Source of the DNA: Leptolyngbyaceae cyanobacterium
GTDB lineage: Bacteria > Cyanobacteriota > Cyanobacteriia > Phormidesmidales > Phormidesmidaceae
Length of the DNA: 64,000 nucleotides
Direction of reading: 5' to 3'
Assembly (NCBI GenBank): GCA_050331235.1
Contig: JBHJHA010000035.1
Coordinates: 79,311-143,310 of the forward strand
Below the pieces are notes generated by a model. The model had not been told where the DNA came from. It searched no databases and saw only the letters and a list, made by a program, of their open reading frames with translations. The number at the start of each line of letters is the position of its first letter. The first letter of the stretch is position 1. Positions 21,766-31,587 of this stretch are shown here, piece after piece. The position numbers and the translations under genes are program-made.

Positions 21766-23052
21766 ATGGCGATCGCAAAGCGAGGATTGGTCCTAGGAGC
21801 AACGGCCGTGGCTGTTGCCGGTGTCATTGTGACCGGTGCTGGTCTGCATTTGTCCCAAGGTAAAGCCTTTTTTGAAGAAAGTCCTAAAGAGGTGATTGAT
21901 GAGGTGTGGCAACTCATCGATAACACCTATGTTGATGCCACCTTTAATCAGAATGATTGGGAAGCCATTCGTACTGAGTATCTAAGCCGAGAATATAGCT
22001 CGCAAGAGGCGGCCTACGAAGCGGTGCGTGAGATGCTCGAACTGCTTGAAGATCCTTATACGCGTTTTATGGATCCTCAAGAGTTTCGCAATATGCAAAT
22101 TGATACCTCCGGTGAACTAACTGGGGTAGGTATTCAGATTTCCCAGGAAGAGGAAACCGACGAGATTGTTGTTGTTGCTCCTATCGAAGATACGCCAGCT
22201 TTTGAAGCTGGACTCCGCTCTAAAGATGTCATCGTCGAAATTGATGGTGAAAGTACGGAAGGCTTAGAGCTGAATGATGCGGTCAGCCGCATTCGTGGTC
22301 CGGTGGGCTCCGAGGTGACCTTGACTGTTCGCCGTGATGACGAACTGATTGATTTCAGTCTGACGCGGGCCCGGATCGAAATTCACCCGGTGCGTTACTC
22401 CGTCAACGCTGAGCCAGAAGGCGATATTGGCTACATTCGCCTGACCCAGTTCAGCAGTAATGCGGCGGGCGAGATGAAGGAAGCGATCGAGGATCTCGAA
22501 TCACAGAATGTTGTTGGTTATATCCTAGACCTGCGTTCTAATCCGGGTGGTTTGCTCTATTCCAGTATTGAAATTGCCCGCATGTGGCTAGACGAAGGTG
22601 GAATCGTTTCTACGGTTAATCGCCAAGGCGTTGTAGATGAAGAAGCCGCGAACAATCGAGCTTTGACGGATAAACCCTTAGTAGTGCTAGTTGACGGTGG
22701 CTCTGCAAGCGCTAGCGAGATTCTTTCTGGTGCGCTGCAGGACAATGACCGGGCGCAGCTAGTGGGTACACAAACCTTTGGTAAGGGACTGGTACAGTCT
22801 GTGCGCAGTTTACCAGACGGGTCTGGGGTGGCAATTACGATCGCCAAGTATCTGACTCCCAGTGGTCGAGATATCAACCAAATGGGCATCGAGCCTGATA
22901 TTGCCGTCGAGCTCTCCGAAGAAGAGCAGGAAGAGCTGGCGAACAATCGCGAGCGCATCGGCACCCTTGACGATCCACAGTATCGTCGCGCCCAAGAACT
23001 GCTGATTCAGACCGTGCAGGCTGAACAAAATACCGCCGTTGACCTGCAGTAG
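21766..23052 (+). CDS. ctpC: carboxyl-terminal processing protease (S41A, PDZ domain), probably CtpC-type
   Basis: DPYTRFM, LTGVGIQI, LDLRSNPGG, SASASEI and TFGKGLVQ. The paralogue assignment is from memory of the N-terminus and the ispG linkage. Confidence 0.85.
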   Translation: MAIAKRGLVLGATAVAVAGVIVTGAGLHLSQGKAFFEESPKEVIDEVWQLIDNTYVDATFNQNDWEAIRTEYLSREYSSQEAAYEAVREMLELLEDPYTRFMDPQEFRNMQIDTSGELTGVGIQISQEEETDEIVVVAPIEDTPAFEAGLRSKDVIVEIDGESTEGLELNDAVSRIRGPVGSEVTLTVRRDDELIDFSLTRARIEIHPVRYSVNAEPEGDIGYIRLTQFSSNAAGEMKEAIEDLESQNVVGYILDLRSNPGGLLYSSIEIARMWLDEGGIVSTVNRQGVVDEEAANNRALTDKPLVVLVDGGSASASEILSGALQDNDRAQLVGTQTFGKGLVQSVRSLPDGSGVAITIAKYLTPSGRDINQMGIEPDIAVELSEEEQEELANNRERIGTLDDPQYRRAQELLIQTVQAEQNTAVDLQ

Positions 23053-23095
23053 TCTGGATGAAGGCTGCAGGCCGCTCAGAGGGGCCGCAAGATGC

Positions 23096-23275
23096 TCAGT
23101 TAGGTTGACACTTGCCCGCTCGGATCAACCCCACCCGCTTGGCGATCGCCTCGCCTTCGGTTCGGTAGGGACCCCATTGCTCTGTGGTTTCCATCGTTTC
23201 AAGCTCGACTGTGGTAACAATTTGACAGGTTTCAGCTGCCCCTCTGACCACATACCAAGTCGCAGTTTCATTCAT
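23096..23275 (-). CDS. 59-aa small protein resembling a conserved cyanobacterial family (below the ORF-track cutoff)
   Basis: MNETATWYVVRGAAETCQIVTTVELETMETTEQWGPYRTEGEAIAKRVGLIRAGKCQPN*; the WGP...AIAKRVGLIRAGKC motif is recognisable. Confidence 0.8.
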   Translation of the reverse strand: MNETATWYVVRGAAETCQIVTTVELETMETTEQWGPYRTEGEAIAKRVGLIRAGKCQPN

Positions 23276-23470
23276 AAATTGTCGCTACTTCTTAAAGCTG
23301 CCGCCATCTTACCGCTGGAGCTCACCATCGGGACCTCGGTTTTGAAGTTTGTTAGCAGAGGCATCGATTACGCTGAGCCATGATAGGTGTGGCCGGCCTA
23401 AATCCTTGGTGGTCATTCTCACCTGGGTCTAGTAAGTAGGTTGCCGCTCAATTCACATCGTGAAGGTTGG

Positions 23471-24037
23471 TCAATAGCAGTAGCGATCGCCCTTAGGGGC
23501 CAAGTGCTCTTCCCCTTTGCGAGTGGCACCAAGCAGCGTGGAAATGACAACACACTTGTTTTTGGCTGCTCCGTTCTTACTTGTGAAGGTGACCGTGCTC
23601 AGGCGATAGCGCACTTCCCCCTGAAAGCCAAACCGGACATAGTAGGTACCATTGCTTTGGGCCATCGTGGTATCGGCTGCGTCCAGCACGACATTGGTAT
23701 CGAGGCTTTCCCAAGCCGCAACGTCCTGCCAGTTCAAATCATTCGGATGGATTGCCCACTCGAGATGATCATCGACTTCCCGGAGGCTAAACCGCCAGGA
23801 AGCTTGATGACTCGTAGCGGCAGTTTGGGCTTGAAGAATACCTAATCGCACCTCATCACGGGCCGCAGTAACTTGACGATTGAGCATAAAAGTTAGCCAC
23901 GACGGAATCGCGATCGCGGCCAAAATGCCCACCATGACCACAACGCCCAGCGCCTCAACGAGTGTAAACCCCTGCGCTTGGGGTGGCGAGACTCTACTAG
24001 GCCAAAGCGAGCGATCGCGCGACGGATATAGAGGCAT
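23471..24037 (-). CDS. type IV pilin-like protein (prepilin cleavage/methylation motif)
   Basis: QG^FTLVEALGVVVMVGILAAIAIP, with a C-terminal Cys pair. Confidence 0.9.
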   Translation of the reverse strand: MPLYPSRDRSLWPSRVSPPQAQGFTLVEALGVVVMVGILAAIAIPSWLTFMLNRQVTAARDEVRLGILQAQTAATSHQASWRFSLREVDDHLEWAIHPNDLNWQDVAAWESLDTNVVLDAADTTMAQSNGTYYVRFGFQGEVRYRLSTVTFTSKNGAAKNKCVVISTLLGATRKGEEHLAPKGDRYCY

Positions 24038-24239
24038 ATTGATTACCCTGATGACTCAGCCAGCATGACTCGAATCCAGGGGGGGATGCGTTAGGGAATT
24101 TTCGGTTTTTGAGTTTGCCGGAAACCTCTGCTGAACCGACATTCTGTGGATTTACGTAGTCGGTCAAGTGCCGTTTTGGGACGTCCGTTAGCGCGGGGTG
24201 CTAGGGATTAACCAAATGCTCATGCCTCGTCTGATGGAT

Positions 24240-24355
24240 TAGATTGTTTCTGCAAATCGCGACTACACGTAGATTCTTCAAAGCCCCTTTTTCAAGGGGG
24301 CAGCGACAGCGGGGGATCTTCAAATCTGTCGCGCTATTACAGAGAATTGGTATTA
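24240..24355 (+). mobile_element. about 113-bp MITE-like dispersed repeat, copy 2
   Basis: TGCAAATCGCGACTACACGTAGATTCTTCAAAGCCCCTTTTTCAAGGGGGCAGCGACAGCGGGGGATCTTCAAATCTGTCGCGCTATTACAGAGAATTGGTATTA; the terminal TTA coincides with the amidase stop codon. Confidence 0.85.
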
Positions 24356-25765
24356 ACGCTGCTCTTGCGGGTGGCCCTGACTTAGATGAGGAAAGGGCGC
24401 AATCAGCCTGTGAGCTTCTAGCCACTGAGCGACTTGTAAAATCTTGGCTTCCTGGTAGGGTGCCGCAATGATCTGTACCCCTGTGGGCAAGGTGCCCGCC
24501 TGAATGACCGGGACTGATAGGGCAGGCAGCCCGATGAACGACAGCGGTTGAGTATAAAGCCCTAGATGAGGTCGCACGAGCACCGATTGGCCGTCAATAG
24601 TCATGGTCGATTGGCGGAGAAAGGGGGCTATACAGGGGACCGTCGGCGCAATCAAAACGTCATAGGTCTGCAGGATCTTGCGAGCTTCTGTCTGAAACCA
24701 GCGCCGTACTCGCTGTGCTTTAATGTACCAATTTTGGGGGATGAGGGCACCGGCGACAAAGCGATCGCGGGTGGCCGGGTCAAAATCCTGGAGTCGCGTC
24801 TGCAGGTCGGGTAAGTGCAACTCACTGCCTTCTGCTGCCGTGATGAGATAAGCCGCTGCGCGAGCTATGTCCGCTCGGGGTAGAGTGACTTGGTGGGTGA
24901 TGCCCAGGGCAGAGACAATTTGAGCCACAGAGGCGGCAACCTCTGACTGCATTCCCTGGGTGAAATCATTATCTAGCAGGGCAATATTCAGGGGCTCAAT
25001 TCCAGCGGTGAGGGAGTTAGCAGTCGCCGTGGCGGGGCGATGGGTGCACACTGGATCACGGGGGTCTGCGCCCTGCATCACGTCAAAACTGATGGCGATA
25101 TCCCGCACTGAGCGGGCCATGGGACCGATGTGGTCGAGGCTGGTAGAAAAGAGGGCCGTACCTGCTCGAGACAACCGACCATACGTGGGTTTGAGTCCGT
25201 AGATGCCACACAATGCTGCCGGCACCCGAATTGAACCATTGGTATCGGAGCCGAGGGTGAGGGGCACTAAACGCGCTGCGATCGCGGCGGCAGCCCCCCC
25301 CGATGATCCCCCAGCGACTCGCTGCGGAGCATGGGGATTTGGTGTGGCCCCATAGTGGTGATTGACGGTGACAAACCCGTAAGCGTACTCATCCATATTG
25401 AGCGCACCGACTAAGATCGCGCCGGCTTGCTCTAATCGAGCGATCGCGGTGGCATCCTGTTGAGCGGGTGGGCGATCGCGGTTGATTTTGGAGCCAGCTA
25501 GCGTCGTGTGCCCAGCAATGTCGAATAAACTTTTGACTCCAAAGGGCACGCCTGCGAGGGGTCCCATGGGACGCCCTTGGCGCTTGGCTTGATCGATCTC
25601 CAGGGCCCGCTGTTGTGCCCGCTCGGCCACCATCAGGGTAAAGCAGTTGAGCGTACGATTACGCTGGTCAATATCCTGCAAGGCCTGTTCCACAACGGCC
25701 TGAGCTGTAGTGCTGCCCTCTTGGATGGCATGGGCAATGGCAGTGGCATCGGCAAAAGCAGTCAT
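24353..25765 (-). CDS. AtzE-family amidohydrolase (amidase signature family)
   Basis: GVPFGVKSLFD, LNMDEYAYGF, GGSSGG, GSDTNGSIRVP and DPATRDRFVAG. Confidence 0.88.
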   Translation of the reverse strand: MTAFADATAIAHAIQEGSTTAQAVVEQALQDIDQRNRTLNCFTLMVAERAQQRALEIDQAKRQGRPMGPLAGVPFGVKSLFDIAGHTTLAGSKINRDRPPAQQDATAIARLEQAGAILVGALNMDEYAYGFVTVNHHYGATPNPHAPQRVAGGSSGGAAAAIAARLVPLTLGSDTNGSIRVPAALCGIYGLKPTYGRLSRAGTALFSTSLDHIGPMARSVRDIAISFDVMQGADPRDPVCTHRPATATANSLTAGIEPLNIALLDNDFTQGMQSEVAASVAQIVSALGITHQVTLPRADIARAAAYLITAAEGSELHLPDLQTRLQDFDPATRDRFVAGALIPQNWYIKAQRVRRWFQTEARKILQTYDVLIAPTVPCIAPFLRQSTMTIDGQSVLVRPHLGLYTQPLSFIGLPALSVPVIQAGTLPTGVQIIAAPYQEAKILQVAQWLEAHRLIAPFPHLSQGHPQEQR

Positions 25766-25937
25766 AGTTCAGAGGCAAACTCAGCAATGGCGACCAATGG
25801 TGCAAGGCTCAAATTCGGCAGGCACTGGAAACTGGCAAATCTTTACATAGCGCCTTAGCTAGTTCCAGATAGAGGAGATAAACGACGTTCAGCTCCATCC
25901 AGGTAAACAGAACCCTTTCAAATTTGTGAGTTGATGC

Positions 25938-26144
25938 TTACGGATAAAAGGTTGGGGCGCTCTCGATCTCGTCGGCAAGCTCAAAATCTAGGACAGACTG
26001 AGCGATCGCCACTACCCGTTCAAATTCTTGGGTGACGCCAGCGAAAGTTGAGGGCGGCAATGGGATTTCTAGTAGGTCTCTCATTTGCCTGACATAGATT
26101 TGCGGGTCAAATTCTCGACGAGCAGCCGATGAAGCAAGGTCCAT
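25938..26144 (-). CDS. DUF4089/AtzG-like small partner protein
   Basis: 68 aa, YVRQM...GVTQEFERVVAIAQSVLDFEL...ESAPTFYP; immediately upstream of the AtzE-family gene, with a GAGG RBS. Confidence 0.8.
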   Translation of the reverse strand: MDLASSAARREFDPQIYVRQMRDLLEIPLPPSTFAGVTQEFERVVAIAQSVLDFELADEIESAPTFYP

Positions 26145-26760
26145 TTAACACCTCAACTGACAGGGGTGTCTCCACTATTCATCAATCCGTCAACAGCTGA
26201 CTATAAGATTTAATAGTTCTCCAATTTTTGCCCGATCTAATTTTTGCTCGTGATGAGTGGTAGAGGAAAAATTTCACCTGCCAGAAGCCAGATAAATCCA
26301 AGCATCGGGATCGCGATGTTCGTCGCCAGGCCAAATCTGAACGAAAAATAAAGCTGGTCACCGGCTCCAGTAAACAGCTCCATGGGCCAGAAATTTGCCG
26401 GCGATTTCTACATTGAATATTAAGAATTCGAAGGTCTAACTCTGAAATGGGTCCCTGTATGCCGGTCACTAGGGACTGGTTTTTCCTGCTATCGCCCGAT
26501 CCAAAATGCTAGACCGTACAGTCAAAGCCGCTGGTAGTGTGAATAACTCCATGGCAGGGGGCCGCCTCGTTTGGAGATGAAAATCAGCAACATAGAGGAT
26601 CAATGCAGTTTATGTGGGCGATTGGTTTAATGCCTCATAGTTCAGTATTCTAGATAATAGGTGTTTAAATTCAGAGACTGAAAAATCTCAAAGAGAGGTG
26701 CTTTTTCGCTCCAATGCGAGTGAAGAGACCAGTAGCTGCTTGACTTCATAGGGACTCGCA

Positions 26761-28011
26761 ATGCAAAGTTTGAATTCTAAAATTCAACTTGAAAACTTAG
26801 TAAAAATTTATGGCAAAAACCCCGATCACGCCTTGAAACTTTTTCGTCAGGGCGGTAACCGTGATGAAATTTTACAGGCAACCGGCAATGTCTTAGGGGT
26901 TGCTGATGTTTCGCTAACAATCGGCGAAGGTGAACTGTTTGTCATCATGGGCCTTTCGGGGTCGGGTAAATCAACTCTGGTACGCTGTATCAATCGCTTG
27001 ATTGAGCCCACCAGTGGCCATGTTTACATCGATGGGGAAGACGTGGCTCGGGTGAATGATCAGCGCTTGCGTGACATCCGGCGCACCAAGATCTCCATGG
27101 TGTTTCAGCGATTTGGCCTGTTTCCCCACAAGACGGTTTTGGAGAATACCGAATACGGCTTGAAAATGCGGGGTATTCCGACTGAGCAGCGACGGCAAAA
27201 GGCGCTTGAAACCTTAGATATTGTGGGGCTGCATCAGTGGGCTGACTATGCACCCAGTTCGCTGAGCGGTGGTATGCAGCAACGGGTCGGATTAGCGCGA
27301 GCTTTGGCCACCGATGCGCCAATTTTGTTGATGGATGAGGCCTTTAGCGCGCTAGATCCATTGATTCGTCGGGGTATGCAGGATGAATTGATGCGCTTGC
27401 AAACGGAACTGAAGCGCACCATTGTCTTTATTAGCCACGACATTCAGGAGGCGCTAAAAATCGGCGATCGCGTTGCCATCATGAAAGATGGTTATTTGGT
27501 CCAGGTGGGGACTCCGGAAGAAATCGTGACCAATCCGGTGGACGATTACATTGCGGCGTTTACTCAGGATGTTAATCGGGCTCAGGTGCTCAAAACTGGC
27601 TCGATTATGCGAAAAACGGTACCCTACATCCTCGGTCAAGGGTCGGCGCGAGCAGCCCTAGAGGACATGTACCAGCGCGAGCAGTCTCGTCTCTATGTTG
27701 CGGACCGTCAAGGTCGCTTAGTCGGACTTTTGGACCGTGCTGAGCTCCAACAGGCGGTTGACGCAGGGGCAAAAGATGTTCAGTCAGTCATGGTGACGGA
27801 CTTTCCCCAGGTGACTCCCTCCACCAGCTTGGAGGAGATTTTTCACCTCGCCCAGCGGGGTATTCCCATCGCGGTAGTCACTACCAGCGGCAAATTTAGC
27901 GGGGTGGTTGAGCAATCCGACATTTTGGCGAGCATTGGACGACTCAGCCACAACCACAGTAGCGATCGCTTTGCTGCCCCCGACGCTCCATCAACCCAGG
28001 TAGCGGTTTAG
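26761..28011 (+). CDS. proV: glycine betaine/proline ABC transporter ATP-binding subunit with CBS domains
   Basis: GLSGSGKSTLVRCINRLIEPT, LSGGMQQRVGLARAL, LLMDEAFSALDPLIR and a C-terminal CBS pair. Confidence 0.95.
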   Translation: MQSLNSKIQLENLVKIYGKNPDHALKLFRQGGNRDEILQATGNVLGVADVSLTIGEGELFVIMGLSGSGKSTLVRCINRLIEPTSGHVYIDGEDVARVNDQRLRDIRRTKISMVFQRFGLFPHKTVLENTEYGLKMRGIPTEQRRQKALETLDIVGLHQWADYAPSSLSGGMQQRVGLARALATDAPILLMDEAFSALDPLIRRGMQDELMRLQTELKRTIVFISHDIQEALKIGDRVAIMKDGYLVQVGTPEEIVTNPVDDYIAAFTQDVNRAQVLKTGSIMRKTVPYILGQGSARAALEDMYQREQSRLYVADRQGRLVGLLDRAELQQAVDAGAKDVQSVMVTDFPQVTPSTSLEEIFHLAQRGIPIAVVTTSGKFSGVVEQSDILASIGRLSHNHSSDRFAAPDAPSTQVAV

Positions 28012-28059
28012 GGACGGTTCCCTTTGGCGACGGTTTGATGTCAACATTTCACGTGAAGT

Positions 28060-29019
28060 ATGGATAGCGCGATTTCAGACTTTTTTAACTGGCTTTTTTT
28101 GAATCAATCTACCGAAGTTCTGCCCTTAGGGGAGTGGATCTCAGGTGTCGTTGATTGGGTAGTGACTAATTTTCGCTGGATCTTTCAGCTCATACGGGTG
28201 CCCATTAGCCAGGCTCTCAACGGCATTGAGGCTTTTCTACAGTGGCTGCCACCTATTGTCTTTTTAATAGTTTTGGGTTTGCTGGCCTGGCAGTTTGCCG
28301 GGCGCAACTTAGCCGTATTTAGCGTTGTGGCGATGACTTTCGTGGGTCTGATTGGGGCCTGGACAGAAACGATGACGACGCTGTCTTTGGTGATCACTGC
28401 AGTGGTGCTGTGCATTGTAGTGGGGCTGCCTTTGGGTATTGCCGCGGCCCGCAGCGATCGCGTTGAGGCAGTTCTCCGTCCTGCCTTAGACGCCATGCAA
28501 ACACTGCCGGCCTTCGTGTACTTGGTGCCGGTTGTTATGCTTTTTGGTACGGGGAAGGTACCGGGCGTCATCGTGACCTTCATCTTTGCCGTACCCCCGT
28601 TGATTCGGCTGACCAATATTGGCATTCGTCAAGTTTCTGAGGAGACCATTGAGGCATCTCAAGCCTTTGGCTCGACTCCAAGGCAAATGCTGTGGGAAGT
28701 GCAGGTTCCCTTGGCTATGCCCACGATCTTGGCAGGAGTCAATCAGTCCATTATGTTGGCGCTATCTATGGTGGTGATTGCTTCGCTAATTGCCGTCGAG
28801 GGGCTCGGGCAAATGGTCAACCGAGGGATTGGTCGCTTAGATGTGGGTTTGGCCGCTGTGGGCGGTCTTGGCATCGTGCTCATGGCGATTGTGCTTGATC
28901 GGCTTACCCAAGCTATTGGTCAGCCGCCTAAAGATGGCCTCTCTTGGCAAGATCGGGGTCCGATTGGAGCGATTCGTTCAGCACTGGGTAAGTCGCGACA
29001 GACCCCTGCTACGCCTTAA
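28060..29019 (+). CDS. proW: glycine betaine/proline ABC transporter permease
   Basis: LDAMQTLPAFVYLVP, an EAA loop and AGVNQSIMLALSMVV. Confidence 0.95.
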   Translation: MDSAISDFFNWLFLNQSTEVLPLGEWISGVVDWVVTNFRWIFQLIRVPISQALNGIEAFLQWLPPIVFLIVLGLLAWQFAGRNLAVFSVVAMTFVGLIGAWTETMTTLSLVITAVVLCIVVGLPLGIAAARSDRVEAVLRPALDAMQTLPAFVYLVPVVMLFGTGKVPGVIVTFIFAVPPLIRLTNIGIRQVSEETIEASQAFGSTPRQMLWEVQVPLAMPTILAGVNQSIMLALSMVVIASLIAVEGLGQMVNRGIGRLDVGLAAVGGLGIVLMAIVLDRLTQAIGQPPKDGLSWQDRGPIGAIRSALGKSRQTPATP

Positions 29020-29114
29020 ATCGCTGGTGGACTTGTCGCCGTCTCCGCCTACAATCTTTAGGTTCGAAGACGCGGCATCAACGTATCGTTTGTTACTTCA
29101 ATTCTTTCAAAAAT

Positions 29115-30209
29115 ATGAATTTTCAATTTCAACCTTCTGCTGCTTTGACGCTGGGTAAGCGCTGTGGTCTCGCTACGATGTTGGCGATCGCGATCGCCGG
29201 CGTCTCTGCCTGTAACTCAGGAGAGCAGGCCGCCGATCCGGCTGATGAGTCGGCTGAATCAACGGAAACCGCTGCTAGCGACCAGCCGGGTGAAGGGATC
29301 ACCGTTACCCCAGGCTACGGCACGTTAGAGGAGCTGTTTCAAACCGAAGTCGTGAATATCGGTCTCGAGCAGATGGGCTATACCATTGAACCTGGTAAAG
29401 AGCTTGAATATGCCACCTTGCACGTCGATATTGCCAACGGTGGCATTACCTACACCGCCGCCCATTGGGAAACCTTACACGAAGAATTTTTTGCTAACAG
29501 CGGCGGCGATGATTCTTTAGAACGCACGGGCACTTTTATTGACAATGTGCTGCAGGGCTACAAGATCGATCAAGCCACTGCCGAAGAGTATGACATTACT
29601 TCCGTCGAGCAATTAAAAGATCCTGAGATTGCGGCCTTGTTTGATACCGATGGTGATGGTAAAGCCAACCTCACTGGCTGCAACCCAGGATGGGGATGCG
29701 AGTTGGTGATTGAACACCAGCTGGATGAATATGGCCTGCGCGATACAGTGCAGCACGACCAGGGACAATATTTCGCGTTGATCGCTGACACTATCACTCG
29801 CTACGAGCAAGGTGACCCGGTGCTTTACTACACTTGGACGCCCCTCTGGGTCAGCGGTGTGCTCAAGGATGGCGAAGATGTGACTTGGTTGGAAGTGCCC
29901 TATACTTCCCTCCCTGATGCGCAAGGAGACGTCACCGAAGCTGATACCAGCGCTGAGGGCCAAAATTTGGGATTTGCGGTTGATCAGCAGGTGATTTTAG
30001 CTAACCTAACCTTTGTGGATGAGAATCCGGTCGCGGCCAAGTTCTTCGAACTGGTGGAGATTCCCATTGGTGACGTTAGCGCTCAGAACCAGCTGATTCA
30101 AGATGGTGAAGACACGCCCGAACAGATTCGTCAGCATGCGGAAGCCTGGATCGAAGAGAACCAAGAACAGTTTGATAGCTGGATCGAAGACGCGATCGCC
30201 GCCCAGTAA
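29115..30209 (+). CDS. proX: glycine betaine ABC transporter substrate-binding lipoprotein
   Basis: Lipobox GVSAC, EELFQT, GKANLTGCNPGWGCE and YYTWTPLW; the protein is strongly acidic. Confidence 0.93.
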   Translation: MNFQFQPSAALTLGKRCGLATMLAIAIAGVSACNSGEQAADPADESAESTETAASDQPGEGITVTPGYGTLEELFQTEVVNIGLEQMGYTIEPGKELEYATLHVDIANGGITYTAAHWETLHEEFFANSGGDDSLERTGTFIDNVLQGYKIDQATAEEYDITSVEQLKDPEIAALFDTDGDGKANLTGCNPGWGCELVIEHQLDEYGLRDTVQHDQGQYFALIADTITRYEQGDPVLYYTWTPLWVSGVLKDGEDVTWLEVPYTSLPDAQGDVTEADTSAEGQNLGFAVDQQVILANLTFVDENPVAAKFFELVEIPIGDVSAQNQLIQDGEDTPEQIRQHAEAWIEENQEQFDSWIEDAIAAQ

Positions 30210-30240
30210 GATTTAGCTGGTCAATTCAGTCTGGTCTGTT

Positions 30241-30271
30241 GCCCGCCGTTCTATGCAGAACGGCGGGTTTG
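30241..30271 (+). terminator. rho-independent terminator after proX
   Basis: CCCGCCGTTCT-ATGC-AGAACGGCGGG followed by TTTG. Confidence 0.75.
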
Positions 30272-30671
30272 TCATGGGGGGAGGGCATCGCTCGGGAAGC
30301 GTGTGATCCGCGTCAACGCGGTTGGCGGTGATAAACACAAATTCGTCCACGCAATCTTGGGCTGTGGAGCGGTTTTTTTACATAGTCGTGTTACCCCGCC
30401 CCCACTCCCATGAAAACAACCCTATGCGTTTTGGTGTTTATGCTCGCCAGTGTTGAACCGCTAGCGAAGCCTATTGATCGCTATCAACCCATCCTGACGG
30501 CTGCTGCCGTGAGCGCTACGGTATAACCTATATCGACTATCGACAGATGACGACGGCCATAATCGCTGTTGAAACCGACCGATTGATCAGCGGGATATGA
30601 CGGAAATCTAAAGTTTTGACCGGGGCGATCGCGCTGATAAAATTCAGAGTGCTACAATCAATGCTGGCCCA

Positions 30672-30745
30672 GGGCACGTAGCTCAGTTGGATAGAGCATC
30701 AGATTCCGGTTCTGAGGGTCGGGGGTTCGAATCCCTCCGTGCTCG
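30672..30745 (+). tRNA. tRNA-Arg(CCG)
   Basis: Acceptor GGGCACG/CGTGCTC, D arm GCTCAGTTGGATAGAGC, anticodon arm TCAGA-TTCCGGT-TCTGA and T loop TTCGAAT. CCA is not encoded. Confidence 0.97.
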
Positions 30746-31057
30746 TTTTGTTAGGTAACTCACACTGTTGCGGTTTCTTGGCCTCGCTAGATCGAGGGCG
30801 GCTCATTTTTGGGCGCAATCAGCGTTGGGGCTCAAGGTGCAGGTTGGCAAATTGTCATCATCTTGCCGTTGATGAGCATGGAGATACAGATTATGCAGAG
30901 GCACTGCCAGCTTGTCTCAAATGGCTAGTAGTAATCAGAGGGCTACAGCTGCTGGATAAGGGTTCGCCCAGTTTTAGGAAATTGGTGTGGCCAGCTGGAA
31001 ATGCAGCCGGCAAGAGACTCCTGATAGCGGTCTACAATCGCACGACTACGTGACAAA

Positions 31058-31085
31058 ATCGCCGCTACCAACAGGCAGCGGCGAT
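31058..31085 (-). terminator. putative terminator downstream of psaM
   Basis: ATCGCCGCT...AGCGGCGAT inverted repeat preceded by AAAA on the + strand, giving a U-tract on the minus strand. Confidence 0.6.
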
Positions 31086-31125
31086 CACAACGGTTGCTCT
31101 TAGTTGAGCAATCTCATCTCACCAA

Positions 31126-31215
31126 TTACTTGTAGAGCTCAGTCGCTAGGCGCAAAGCCAAGAAACCAGGAACTAACGCGACCGCTAACGCGACGAAAAC
31201 TTGGGTATCTGTCAT
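31126..31215 (-). CDS. psaM: photosystem I reaction centre subunit XII
   Basis: MTDTQVFVALAVALVPGFLALRLATELYK* matches the PsaM pattern (DTQ...AL..AL.P..LA.RL.TELYK). AAGGA RBS; below the ORF-track cutoff. Confidence 0.95.
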   Translation of the reverse strand: MTDTQVFVALAVALVPGFLALRLATELYK

Positions 31216-31587
31216 TGCTATGAGTCCTTATTAACAACAGTATTCAGCCTCATCTATCGAGGCTGATCAATTTTTGACCAAGAATTGGCGCTTAAGCGCT
31301 CTGGACGCCCAACTGTTACACAGCGTTACCAAAAAACATCCCTAATTTTCTTAACTTTGGCCTACCCTCTAAGATTGTCTAGAGGTCTATACCGGTTGCT
31401 TGGGAACTGATAATTTGAGTCAGGCTAAGGGTTTCTTGAGCCAGGGTAAGAAGGGCTCCAATCGTCTCAGGTGCTTAGGCTAGGTTAAGGTTTGGCTGGC
31501 GAGCGAGCGAGGGTGACTTAAAACACTGTCTCATGTCTCAACGCACAACATAATTACGCCAATTCGAGCTATTTAAGACTGACTGCT

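Noticed and set aside
26145..26760. c-di-AMP or other riboswitch upstream of proVWX
   Set aside because: No recognisable ydaO or other aptamer consensus.
30410..30526. 38-aa ORF MKTTLCVLVFMLAS... upstream of the tRNA
   Set aside because: No RBS or recognisable homology; cannot be supported from the sequence alone.
30672..30745. tRNA-Arg(CCG) as the local substrate of TtcA
   Set aside because: The anticodon loop is TTCCGGT, so position 32 is U, not C.
30746..31060. Integrative element at the tRNA 3' end
   Set aside because: No integrase and no duplicated tRNA 3' end were seen, and psaM follows within about 400 bp.
31345..31530. Pho boxes upstream of phoU
   Set aside because: Only isolated TTAAC half-sites, without a convincing 11-bp-periodic triple repeat.
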